DNA of 61,461 nucleotides, the filler included, from Candidatus Nezhaarchaeota archaeon WYZ-LMO8 (lineage in GTDB: Archaea; Thermoproteota; Methanomethylicia; Nezhaarchaeales; WYZ-LMO8): the NCBI GenBank assembly GCA_004347965.1. It is 7 parts of 7 records of this genome, joined end to end, with 100 filler letters (N's around TTAATTAATTAA, not from the genome) between each part and the next. Parts side by side here need not be neighbours in the genome. Positions count along the whole stretch, not along the records: positions 36,793 to 45,194 come from QNVF01000044.1; positions 45,295 to 53,685 come from QNVF01000045.1; 5 more parts are not named here. The stretch is one strand, 5' to 3'. The translations under genes and the position numbers were made by a program. A model generated the notes under the pieces. That model saw only the letters and a program-made list of their open reading frames with translations. It was not told the DNA's origin and did not search any database. The first letter of the stretch is position 1; every line of letters begins with the position of its first letter. Below are positions 39,429 to 48,890 of the stretch, one piece after another.

Positions 39429-41275
39429 GACCTCACCACCTCAATAGCTTTGTATGGACAAGATCTCTCGCACAATCCACATCCGGTACACGTATTTTCA
39501 TCTATTACGATCTTTCCAGCTCTAGGTATCAGGGCTGGACATCCTACAAGTTTTATGCAAGTCATGCAGCCCTTGCACTTATCAGTCTCTACAGCTCTCT
39601 TCTCAAGCTTTACTCTTCCAAGCCTACTTTCTCTTAAAAGTGTTAGAGAGCAGGCTCTTCGAGAGACTATGACTGCTGGTCCTAATCCCCTCTTAACATG
39701 CTCTATTGCTTCGATTATGCTGGATATCATTAAGTCTACATCGTAGGGGTCTACGACCTTGCAGAACTCTACTCCACACGCTTTAGCTATGTCCTCGGGT
39801 AGCACTCTCTTGACTTGCTGCCCCATGGCATTTACACCGGTAGCTGGGCTCGGCTGGCCTCCAGTCATGGCCGTGAAGTTGTTGTCCAACACTACTAGTA
39901 CGAAGCTTGAAGGATTGAAGACCGCGTTTATTAGGGCCGGTATGCAAGCATGGTAGAAGGTTGATTCGCCAACAGTTGCTATGACCACCTTGTCTGTGAA
40001 CTTAGCGAAGCCGCAAGCTAAGCCCACGCCCGCTCCCATGCAGATCGTTGTGTCCACAAGTTCTAGCGGTGGATAGTAGCCTAGCGTGTAGCAGCCAATG
40101 TCACTTGGATATATGGCTTCGACCTTGACCTTCTTGACAGCCATCTTTATGGCGTAAAACGCGCTCCTATGAGGACAGCCAGCACATAGTATTGGAGGTC
40201 TTAATGGTGCTTGGAGCTTAACCTTGATGTCTGGTAGCTCAACGTTTACACCTAGAAACGAAGCTAAGCCTTTTAATACTCTAAGTGGCGTTAACTCGCC
40301 AGCTAAGGGAATCAAGTCCTTTCCGTGGACTCTGACTCTCAACTTTAAATCGTGGCAGAGAGCTTTAACTTGGAGTTCTACTAGGGGCTCCAGCTCCTCG
40401 ACGACTAGGACCTTCTCCTTGTCTTCTAAGAATCTTGCTACGAACTCCTTGGGAATGGGATGTATTGTAGAAAGCTTTAGAATCGAGGGTTTATAGCTCA
40501 AGTCAAGGTTGTCAAGAGCATCAATTACGTAAGCGTAAGCTAAGCCGCAAGCTAAGATCCCTACTTTCGACTCTCCCTCTACAGCGTTAAAGCTGGAATT
40601 ATTGAACTCCTTCTCAACAGCATTTAGTCTCTCGATTGCCTCTAACCTCATGCGTCTCGCGTTGGCTGGAAGGCAAACGTATTTTTCGGGCTTCCTCTCA
40701 AAAACAGCCTTCTTACTAGATCTTCTTACAGAACCAAGCTTTACTGGTCCTCTAGAGTGGCTTAGTCTCGTCACGGTCCTCAAGATTATTGGGGCTCCAT
40801 ACTTCTCGGATATTTCGAGAGAGTATATGGTCATGTCCTTAGCTTCTTGAGGTGAACTGGGTTCAACAACTGGTATGTACGCGTGAAGCCCGTAAATCCT
40901 GTTGTCCTGCTCGTTCTGAGAGCTGTAGCAGCTTGGGTCATCTGCTGATACTATTACGAAGCCTCCTCTAACTCCTGTATAGGCTGATGTGAATAGTGGA
41001 TCAGAAGCCACGTTTAAACCAACGTGTTTCATAGCTGTTAGAGACCTTAAATTACAGTAGGATGCTGCTAAAGCAACTTCGAAAGCTACCTTCTCATTGA
41101 CGCTCCACTCAACGTACAAGTCATAGTCCTTAGATAGCGAAACTAAAGTCTCAATAACCTCAGTGGATGGAGTACCTGGATAGGCTGTAGCTACCTTGAC
41201 GTCTCCCTCAATAGCGCCTCTAGCTATAGCTTCGTTACCGAGCATTAGAACTACTTCCTCTCTATCCTCCCTCAT
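39425..41275 (-). CDS. iorA: Indolepyruvate:ferredoxin oxidoreductase alpha subunit
   Basis: LGNEAIARG, YPGTPSTE, MKHVGLNVA, SSQNEQD, CAGCPHR, DIGCY, C-terminal 2x[4Fe-4S]. Confidence 0.95.
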   Translation of the reverse strand: MREDREEVVLMLGNEAIARGAIEGDVKVATAYPGTPSTEVIETLVSLSKDYDLYVEWSVNEKVAFEVALAASYCNLRSLTAMKHVGLNVASDPLFTSAYTGVRGGFVIVSADDPSCYSSQNEQDNRIYGLHAYIPVVEPSSPQEAKDMTIYSLEISEKYGAPIILRTVTRLSHSRGPVKLGSVRRSSKKAVFERKPEKYVCLPANARRMRLEAIERLNAVEKEFNNSSFNAVEGESKVGILACGLAYAYVIDALDNLDLSYKPSILKLSTIHPIPKEFVARFLEDKEKVLVVEELEPLVELQVKALCHDLKLRVRVHGKDLIPLAGELTPLRVLKGLASFLGVNVELPDIKVKLQAPLRPPILCAGCPHRSAFYAIKMAVKKVKVEAIYPSDIGCYTLGYYPPLELVDTTICMGAGVGLACGFAKFTDKVVIATVGESTFYHACIPALINAVFNPSSFVLVVLDNNFTAMTGGQPSPATGVNAMGQQVKRVLPEDIAKACGVEFCKVVDPYDVDLMISSIIEAIEHVKRGLGPAVIVSRRACSLTLLRESRLGRVKLEKRAVETDKCKGCMTCIKLVGCPALIPRAGKIVIDENTCTGCGLCERSCPYKAIEVVRS

Positions 41276-41435
41276 GAGCTGATCCCTAGCCTTTCCTACG
41301 CTTAAGAACTAGGAGTTAAAAGAGGTTTCTCTTATAATTTCCGAGGGATTTAACGATCTTATTAGGAGACCTTAGAGTCTCTCAGATAAGGAGTTACCTT
41401 TCTACGATAAAAAAGAAGAGTTAATTGAAGTCTTC

Positions 41436-41576
41436 TTATTTAACACCTGCTCTGAAGAAGTGGCCGTTGGGGCACTTGAACAGACCAATGGTTACAGGTT
41501 TTCTGCCCTTCGGTGCTAGAGTCCACGTCTTTGTTGGAGTAGCAACCTCAGCACCACACTTTGGACACTTGGCCAT
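41436..41576 (-). CDS. cren7: Chromatin protein Cren7 homologue, 46 aa, Cys/His-containing form
   Basis: [46 protein letters not shown]; Cren7 signature W.LAPKGRK.V.IGLFK; GGTGG RBS and TTTATAAA box upstream. Confidence 0.88.
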   Translation of the reverse strand: MAKCPKCGAEVATPTKTWTLAPKGRKPVTIGLFKCPNGHFFRAGVK

Positions 41577-41958
41577 ACTCATCCACCGTGATAATGGTGG
41601 AAACTCATGTTTTATAAATGTTTCTCTATGATGTTCAAGTTAAAAGTAGTTGTATAGAAAGTTTTTGTTTTCAAAATTTTCGTAGTTTTTAAATCTTTTT
41701 TAAAATTTTTCGTTTGAGAAATTTATATTTTTGCTTAGAAAGCTTTAGAAAATTTGTTTTTAAAATGGAAAAACTATCTTTTTCACGATTTTTATTTAAA
41801 AATTGTAGAAAGAACTTTTTATGTGTTGTAGAGTTAATTTGATTTCGTCAATCAATTAAATGGCATTATCATCGACCTTGCTTTGAAGCCTTGGCTCTTA
41901 GTCGCCTCTCGAAGTGTGATGTGAAGTTTTCGACTGTTGCCTAACTTAGTTGTTGAGG

Positions 41959-42651
41959 TTACGGTGCTATCAGTGTTCCAATTTCCTCTCCTCTTATAGC
42001 CTTCTCTATGTTTCGAGGGTTCAAGCCGTTGACTATATGCGTTGCTATCTTTGAGCGTGCTATAACTTGAAGTGCTACTGAATCTATTAACTTGTAGCTT
42101 CCTGGTTCTGACTCCATCTTTAATATCTCCATTAACTCCTTCATCGTAACTCTCCTTAATAGTGTAGCTTGAGGATTCTTTTTCGGGTCTTCAGAATACA
42201 AACCATCTACGTCCGTTGCTACTATCAGCTTTACGGCTTTTATAGTCTCAGCAAGTAGTGCTGCCACTGCAGTTGTTGATTGTGCGGGGCTTACTCCTCC
42301 CATTACATAGATGGAGTCTCCAGGCTGATCAACTGAGAAGAGGTAGTCCTTGAAGAGGGCGTTGACGCCCTTAGTTCTTAAAGCATAAGTTAGGAGCTTT
42401 GCGTTAATCTTTGTTACTTCAATCCCCATGAGGTCCTGGAGAGCCTTAGGAGCTCCTAGAGCAGCTAGTAACTCGATGTAAAGCCTTGCTACTCGACCTC
42501 CTCCAACGACTGTGTGTATACTAACTCCTTCCCTCCAGAAGTTTGTTACTAGGTCAACGTAACTTGAAAAAACTTTTTTCCTTATTTTGCCCCTATCGTC
42601 TATTAGGACGTGCCCCCCGAGCTTGACTACGTAGCTTTCGCGTATCCTCAT
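41959..42651 (-). CDS. pyrH: UMP kinase
   Basis: VVKLGG, VVGGG..AR.YI, STTAVAALLAE, TDVDGLYSEDPK, IGT. Confidence 0.88.
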   Translation of the reverse strand: MRIRESYVVKLGGHVLIDDRGKIRKKVFSSYVDLVTNFWREGVSIHTVVGGGRVARLYIELLAALGAPKALQDLMGIEVTKINAKLLTYALRTKGVNALFKDYLFSVDQPGDSIYVMGGVSPAQSTTAVAALLAETIKAVKLIVATDVDGLYSEDPKKNPQATLLRRVTMKELMEILKMESEPGSYKLIDSVALQVIARSKIATHIVNGLNPRNIEKAIRGEEIGTLIAP

Positions 42652-42711
42652 AGCTGTAAGTGACTAAGTTCTTTTCTAGTAATAAACTTTCAGAGTTAAT
42701 TGTTGCAATTC

Positions 42712-43950
42712 TTATCGAGGAGCATACCTCAAAATGGCTGCCATGCCCTTAAAGGACTCTAGAAAACCCTTTCCTTCCTCCGTTCCACTAGAGATGATTT
42801 CAATCTTGGTGTTAAACGTCTTTGAGAGCTCTACCAAGTACTCTATCACGTCTCCTTGCTCTATATTAGTTACTTGACCGCATACAGGGCACTTGGAGTG
42901 TGCCCCCTTAAACTCCTCTACTTCATCCTCCCTTACGAGGTCTTCATTAGTCCATCCACAGGTACTGCAGGAGACCTTTACGTAGCTTAGTGGGACGTCC
43001 TCCGATACTATTAGAGTGTCGACAACCCCCTGTTTTAAGAGATAGTAGACCTCTCTGTATCCATAAGCGATTAAGTCGCTCTTCTTAGCTAGGTATTCTA
43101 AGAACTTCTGAATAACCTGCTTTTCGTGAACGTACCTCATCCCTTCTAAGAGGCTTTGCGCCCTTTCTATAACCTCGTAGACCCCTTCTTCTCCTGTGTA
43201 TCCTACATCTACTATCCCTATGACCATCCTCTTGAGGTCGTAGGGCAGGTAATCACCATCGTAGAAATCGTTCTTCGTTGGACCTGGTCCTCCAAGGATT
43301 ATTCCCTTGAGGTCTTTAACCTCCGAGAATAATTTTTGAGCGTATTCTCCAGCTCTCTTGTAGAATTCGTGAGCCATTATTTCTATCACTCTCTCAAATC
43401 TTCTAGCTGACTGACCTCCAGCACTATGCTTTCCAGGTACACCTGAGGTTATTTCATCAAGAATCTTTAATCTCCTGCCTGTAAGGAGAGCAAAGGTTGC
43501 ACTGCTCCTATCGATTACAATGATGCCGTAGCTACCCTTCTCCTCGAGCATTTCTTCTAATATCTCTGTGTGAAAACGCGAGTCACATCGGTATAGGTAT
43601 GTGTTTATGGGCTCTGGAGGCTCTATGACGTAGACCTCCATCTTCTCACTACCTGGAGGACCTCTAGGAATGTAACCGGCAAATATCACTAGCCCGTTCT
43701 TAGGCGTTGAAGTGAATAATTTAAGCCTCTGCAAGGTTACGGTTAGTGCATCAAGCACGTGATGCCTTGTGGTCCTATCCTTTATGTTAGCTGCTGTAGA
43801 TAGCTCCTCTCTTAGAGCTGATGTTACCTCGCCAAGCGGTCTACCAGCTGGTATGTAGAGTGATATGAGCTCTGTTCCCCTACCCATCTTGGACTTTAAC
43901 TCCTTGACTAATCGTTCAAGCTTAACCTTGTCTATGCTTATCGTCATCAC
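42712..43950 (-). CDS. prf1: Peptide chain release factor aRF1
   Basis: GTELISLYIP, NIKD, YRCD, GGQSARRF, zinc mini-domain. Confidence 0.96.
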   Translation of the reverse strand: MMTISIDKVKLERLVKELKSKMGRGTELISLYIPAGRPLGEVTSALREELSTAANIKDRTTRHHVLDALTVTLQRLKLFTSTPKNGLVIFAGYIPRGPPGSEKMEVYVIEPPEPINTYLYRCDSRFHTEILEEMLEEKGSYGIIVIDRSSATFALLTGRRLKILDEITSGVPGKHSAGGQSARRFERVIEIMAHEFYKRAGEYAQKLFSEVKDLKGIILGGPGPTKNDFYDGDYLPYDLKRMVIGIVDVGYTGEEGVYEVIERAQSLLEGMRYVHEKQVIQKFLEYLAKKSDLIAYGYREVYYLLKQGVVDTLIVSEDVPLSYVKVSCSTCGWTNEDLVREDEVEEFKGAHSKCPVCGQVTNIEQGDVIEYLVELSKTFNTKIEIISSGTEEGKGFLESFKGMAAILRYAPR

Positions 43951-45194
43951 CTTCTCTCAGCTTCGAATTTGAACTTTATTTCTGGATACTCATTTACGGC
44001 TATCCCGTCCTCCAAGTTATCTACTACTACCAACTCTTGTGCTCGACACGTCCCCTTTATGTCCTCAGCTCCAATCCTTATTGAGTCCATGAATGTGGAG
44101 CTGCCTATCCACAGGATTCTCAATGGATGACCTGGTGATAACCTGTTTCTTACCTTAGTCCTCCTCACAGCTGCTATAGTTGCCACAACGACGTTTCCCT
44201 TAGCTTCAAGATCTTCGTCGAATTCGCATTCCGATGGAGTTGGCCATGAAGTTAAGTGGATGCTCTCAGCTCCTACTCTTTCTTTGAAGGCAGCATGATA
44301 TATCTCCTCAGTTATGAAGGGACAGAAGGGGGCTAAAAGCCTTAGTATTATGTAAAGAGACTTTGTAAGCGTATATTGAGCAGCTCTCTTGCTTTCAACT
44401 GTGCTCTGCCAATAAAGCCTGTACTTTACGGCCTCGAGATAGTGGTCGCAGAAAACGTGCCACACAAAGTTTCTTAGAGAGTCGAGAGCTTCGTTGAATC
44501 GCATTTCCTCCATGGCTCTAGTTACCTGCTCTATGAGTCTCCTAAGCTTGGTTAAGAGCCATAAGTCTAAGACCTTCAGCTTGCTGGGCTTAGAGTAGTT
44601 GTAATCCGTTGTATTCGCTATTACGAGGCGTGAGGCGTTCCAAAGCTTTATTAAGAAGCGCCAGGCGTAATCGACATCCTCCCACCTAAACCTTATATCG
44701 TAGCCTGTCGAGCCGCTAGCAGCCCACTGCCTTAGAGCATCTGCACAATACTTTTCAACAACTTCTTTAGCCTCTATGTAGTTGCCGTAGGACTTATGCA
44801 TCATCCTACCATCAGTTCCTCGAACCATACCGTTGATAAGAGCCACCTTATAGGGGATGCGATTGAAGAGTGCTAGGTGCCTTACTAGTAAGTAGTAATC
44901 CCACGTCCTTATGATGTCGTAGCCGTTAGGTTGCAAGTCGTTCGGGTAAAGCTTACTAAACAGCTCTACATCATCAGGCCACCCCGCTATTACAGCGCAA
45001 GTTATTGAGGAGTCCATCCAAGTATCCATTACATCGCTCTCGCCTAGAAAATCACGTGAACCACATTTAGGGCAGCTATCAATAGGTGGCTGCTGCTCTC
45101 TAGGATCTACAGGAAGCCACTCTGGCTTGGCAACTATCACGTTATCACACTTTTTGCAGTACCAAACTGGTATTGGTGTTGCGAAGATCCTCTG
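43947..45194 (-). CDS. valS: Valine--tRNA ligase (3' part)
   Basis: TPIPVWYC, DVMDTWMDS, DIIRTW, MMHKSYGN (KMSKS equivalent), KLWNASR. Confidence 0.92.
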   Translation of the reverse strand, partial: QRIFATPIPVWYCKKCDNVIVAKPEWLPVDPREQQPPIDSCPKCGSRDFLGESDVMDTWMDSSITCAVIAGWPDDVELFSKLYPNDLQPNGYDIIRTWDYYLLVRHLALFNRIPYKVALINGMVRGTDGRMMHKSYGNYIEAKEVVEKYCADALRQWAASGSTGYDIRFRWEDVDYAWRFLIKLWNASRLVIANTTDYNYSKPSKLKVLDLWLLTKLRRLIEQVTRAMEEMRFNEALDSLRNFVWHVFCDHYLEAVKYRLYWQSTVESKRAAQYTLTKSLYIILRLLAPFCPFITEEIYHAAFKERVGAESIHLTSWPTPSECEFDEDLEAKGNVVVATIAAVRRTKVRNRLSPGHPLRILWIGSSTFMDSIRIGAEDIKGTCRAQELVVVDNLEDGIAVNEYPEIKFKFEAERR

Positions 45195-45294
45195 NNNNNN
45201 NNNNNNNNNNNNNNNNNNNNNNNNNNNNNNNNNNNNNNTTAATTAATTAANNNNNNNNNNNNNNNNNNNNNNNNNNNNNNNNNNNNNNNNNNNN
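45195..45294. other. Artificial contig spacer
   Basis: N44-TTAATTAATTAA-N44. Confidence 0.99.
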
Positions 45295-45899
45295 ATGGGA
45301 GTTATGCAACCAACGGTGTCTGCAACTCCAATCCTATCAGCTCCACGATCTATAGCAGCTCTATAGAACCTTAAGAGCCTTTTAAGTGGCGTCCTTGTAG
45401 CATCCTCACAAGTGAATTGCACGAAAATTCCGTGAGACTTAGCATACTCTATGACTTCTAGAGCGCAACCCAAAACGTCTTCGGCACTCATCTTCAGCTT
45501 CCACTTTAAGTGGATATCGGATGAAGGAGCGAATACTATGACTCCATCAACGTCGCAGCTCAAAGCTAGGTCGACATCTGACTTCAAGGCTCTGCAGAGA
45601 CACAAGACCTTGGACTCAGAGACAGCTTTAGAAACAGATCTAACAGCCTCCTCCTCATCGCTTGATATAGCTGGGAAGCCAGCCTCCACCTCTCTTATGC
45701 CGCAATCCTCCAACAGGAGGGCTATCTTCACCTTATCTTCAACTGTAAGTGAGACTCCTGGTGTTTGCTCACCATCCCTCAAGGTGGTGTCATAGAGTAT
45801 CGGCTTCCTATTATACCTAGCATTGTAAAGACTTGTCGCTATACCTCTCTCTTTCATGTCTTTGAGTAGCTCCTCAATGCTCTTAAGCTCACCAACCAT
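45295..45899 (-). CDS. Homocitrate/isopropylmalate synthase-family (DRE-TIM) enzyme, 5' part
   Basis: DTTLRDGEQTPG, EAGFP, EDATRT, ADTVG. Confidence 0.9.
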
Positions 45900-45964
45900 T
45901 AACTATCTGCTAAAGTTAGTAACCCTACTAGAAAAATGTTTATTCTCTAATGCAGAGCTTTGAT

Positions 45965-47518
45965 CTAGCTTCTTACTAGGAACCCGAAGTCAAGCTCCTC
46001 ATCCTGAACATAGCTCTTGCCAAGCTTAAGTGCGAGCTCAGCCTTGTAGAGCTCCTTACCTAAGTAGGCTGCATGACTCAAGGTCGTAACAAGTCCCCTC
46101 TTTATCAATTCGTTGTATACATCTTCAGCCCTCGCCCCCTCGATAATACACGTCACTTCACCAGCCTTGAAATGCGAGGCTAGCAGCCCCCTCCTACATT
46201 TGTCGATGGTTATCTTAACATAACCTGAAGGATCATAGTCATGCATTCTACTCTCGGAAGCCTTTACGACTTCACATCCCTCCATTTTCTCTACTGGAAG
46301 AGTTAAGTCCCTCTTCTCCTTAATAGCTAACAGGCTTAAGCTGAGGTCTTTCATCGGTTTTCGAGCCATCTTAGATAGCTTAGCCATTCTTGCAGCTATG
46401 CAAAGCTCTCTAACGCAATTGCAAGTCTTGTTACTTGCCTCCGTTGTGAGGAGTAGTGAGATTTCAAGCTCAGCAGCTATGGCTGCCATCAACCCATTGA
46501 TCCCAATGCTATCTACATCCATTAGCTCTGTCACGTTACCAACGCCCATCATCAAGGGAACGTTGGGTCGTCTTTTAGCGAACTCGTAGTAAGCCACTAG
46601 AGACTCTAAGAGACTTGGCTGTAGTGGAGGGCTCAGTATTGGATCAGCTATCACCTTCTTGAATCCCATTCTCAGAGCTTTATCAACTGTCTCCTCAAGA
46701 GCACTAACCTTATCACCTATGGTCGTTGGGTAGTACCCTTTCTTGACGTCCGTTGGTATCACTACGATAGCAACATCTCGCGGCAAGTCTTGTAGATCGT
46801 CTAGAATTCCACTATCAACACTTATAACGAGGTTTGCACCAGCTTCAACTGCAGCTGTTATCTCCTTCGGGTCTAGGGAGTCTATGCTGACTGCTACTTC
46901 AACCTCCTTTTTGATGGTCCTCACCAGCTTGCTTGCCAGCTCTGGTTTGCTCTCACCAGCCACCATGCCGATGTCAACGATATCAGCTCCATAGCTCTTA
47001 TACCTTAGAGCTTCAGCCAACGTTGCTTCAACTCCTTTGATTGGAGCAGAGGTTACCTCAGCAACTATTCTGAGAGACCCCTTAGCTATTGGCACTCCAG
47101 CTATATCGAAGTAAGCCTTACTTCTAAGCTCCTCCTCTAAGGCTCTAAGCTCCTCCTCTTCCCTAAGCTCTCTACTTAAATTCAGAATTTTGCAAGCTGG
47201 CTCCACCTTGGAGAGCTCGACCTTACCAATCATTGAAAGCACATAAGGTATGTCGGCTGCGTGAATGGGCCCCTTAAACGTTGGAATCCCAACCTCCTTC
47301 TCTATCACGGAGACGTCCCCGCTAATGAGTCCCGGAATCAATATCAAATCGAAGCCTTTGACGCCGTGAGCCTTCAACCTCTTAGCTATCTCAATTGGAG
47401 GAATTAAGGCTGCCACCTCGTGAGACATCACGTAGACCTCGAAGTCTACACCAGACTTCGAAGCGTACTCCTCAACGATCTTTGAAGCCGCTCTACCAGT
47501 AACCAACAGGACCTTCAT
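45965..47518 (-). CDS. Archaeal dihydropteroate synthase-like pterin-binding protein
   Basis: LLVTGR, LILIPG, GADIVDIG, SIDS, ADPIL, GNVTELMDVDS, HAAYLGKELYKAE..YVQD. Confidence 0.85.
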   Translation of the reverse strand: MKVLLVTGRAASKIVEEYASKSGVDFEVYVMSHEVAALIPPIEIAKRLKAHGVKGFDLILIPGLISGDVSVIEKEVGIPTFKGPIHAADIPYVLSMIGKVELSKVEPACKILNLSRELREEEELRALEEELRSKAYFDIAGVPIAKGSLRIVAEVTSAPIKGVEATLAEALRYKSYGADIVDIGMVAGESKPELASKLVRTIKKEVEVAVSIDSLDPKEITAAVEAGANLVISVDSGILDDLQDLPRDVAIVVIPTDVKKGYYPTTIGDKVSALEETVDKALRMGFKKVIADPILSPPLQPSLLESLVAYYEFAKRRPNVPLMMGVGNVTELMDVDSIGINGLMAAIAAELEISLLLTTEASNKTCNCVRELCIAARMAKLSKMARKPMKDLSLSLLAIKEKRDLTLPVEKMEGCEVVKASESRMHDYDPSGYVKITIDKCRRGLLASHFKAGEVTCIIEGARAEDVYNELIKRGLVTTLSHAAYLGKELYKAELALKLGKSYVQDEELDFGFLVRS

Positions 47519-47590
47519 GTACCTCTAAAAATTAGGAAAGCTAAATAGCAATTAAGGTTTCTAAAGGCTCTCCTCAACTAAGGTTAGAAG

Positions 47591-47646
47591 AGATTCAGCT
47601 CGTGCAAACTTCATCACCCTTCAGGATCGTGGAGGCTCATCACTCT
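47591..47646 (-). ncRNA. Box C/D sRNA (all four boxes consensus)
   Basis: GTGATGA-GCCTCCACGATC-CTGA-AGG-GTGATGA-AGTTTGCACGAG-CTGA with AGA/TCT ends. Confidence 0.92.
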
Positions 47647-47709
47647 ACTAAAGCTATTGAGAGCGAACTTTAAATCCTATGCCATATAACCTCTAATGGC
47701 GATCGAAAA

Positions 47710-47946
47710 ATGCCGGAAAACATTGAGATCCCAGAACCAATCGTCCAAGTACCTTCACGTAAAGAGCTACGAGTTAGAACGCGACCTGGTAAGGGCTTCA
47801 GTGTACCCGAGCTTAAGGCCGTTGGGCTTAATGTTAGGAGAGCCAGGAAGCTAGGCTTGAGGGTTGATGAGCGTAGAGATAGCTGTCGTGAAGAGAATGT
47901 AAAGTTGCTAAAGGAATTTCTAGAGAGGATCGCTAGCAAAGCTTAA
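47710..47946 (+). CDS. rpl13e: 50S ribosomal protein eL13
   Basis: [32 protein letters not shown]. Confidence 0.92.
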   Translation: MPENIEIPEPIVQVPSRKELRVRTRPGKGFSVPELKAVGLNVRRARKLGLRVDERRDSCREENVKLLKEFLERIASKA

Positions 47947-48067
47947 TTGTAGATCGACTATCATACTCGATTAACTTATTAAAGCTTTGAGGAAGGAAAG
48001 CATGACGAACGTTCGAGGAGTATACTGAAGTTTTTTAGGGTCCTCACGAACTCTATAGCGAAGTTAG

Positions 48068-48787
48068 ATGCCAGACGACGTCGTCGTGGTTGACAACGTC
48101 TATAAATCTTACAGGGTAGGAGAAGTCGTAACGTGGGCTTTGAGAGGAGTCTCTCTCAAGGTTAAGAGGGGGGACATGATAGCCATAATGGGACCCTCAG
48201 GTTCAGGCAAGACAACCCTCCTCAACATGATTGGCCTCCTTGACAGACCAACCAAGGGAAAGATTTACATCGATGGAATCGACACAAGCAAGCTAAGCGA
48301 TCACGAGTTAGCAAACTTCAGGAACTACAAGATAGGCTTCGTCTTCCAGACATTCAACTTAGTCGGCAGACTCACGGTACTTGAGAACATAGAGCTTCCA
48401 TTAATAGCTAGAGGGCTTCCTAGACATGTTAGGGCTAAGATCGTAATGGAAGCTCTCAAGAAAGTTGGTGGTGATGAGAGCTGGCTTAAGAAGAGACCTA
48501 CACAGCTATCTGGTGGACAGCAGCAAAGAGTCGCTATTGCGAGAGCCATAGTTACCTCCCCCTCAATAATATTAGCTGATGAGCCTACAGGAAACCTCGA
48601 TAGAGCCTCAGCAAAGGTGGTAATGAACACCTTCCTTGAACTCAACAAGAGTGGCCAGACCATAGTGATAGTAACTCACGATCCCGAGGTCGCAAACTGC
48701 ACGAATAAGATATACGTAATAAGAGATGGAATGATAGTCGACGTTAAGGAGCCCGATAAGAGCCGCAACATATTGCTCACAACTTAA
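48068..48787 (+). CDS. ABC transporter ATP-binding protein (LolD/MacB type)
   Basis: [43 protein letters not shown]. Confidence 0.93.
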   Translation: MPDDVVVVDNVYKSYRVGEVVTWALRGVSLKVKRGDMIAIMGPSGSGKTTLLNMIGLLDRPTKGKIYIDGIDTSKLSDHELANFRNYKIGFVFQTFNLVGRLTVLENIELPLIARGLPRHVRAKIVMEALKKVGGDESWLKKRPTQLSGGQQQRVAIARAIVTSPSIILADEPTGNLDRASAKVVMNTFLELNKSGQTIVIVTHDPEVANCTNKIYVIRDGMIVDVKEPDKSRNILLTT

Positions 48788-48890
48788 CACATCGAAATTA
48801 AAGAAATGGGGAAGCAGCCCCTCGATATGTTTATGAGAGGATAGCGGTAGATTAAATTCGCGTACAATAATAAAGTTTGGTGGTGAAGTC

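Noticed and set aside
41425..41631. 68-aa plus-strand ORF
   Set aside because: Antisense shadow of the Cren7 gene
43779..43790. NIKD instead of NIKS in aRF1 as a sign of recoding
   Set aside because: Common archaeal variant
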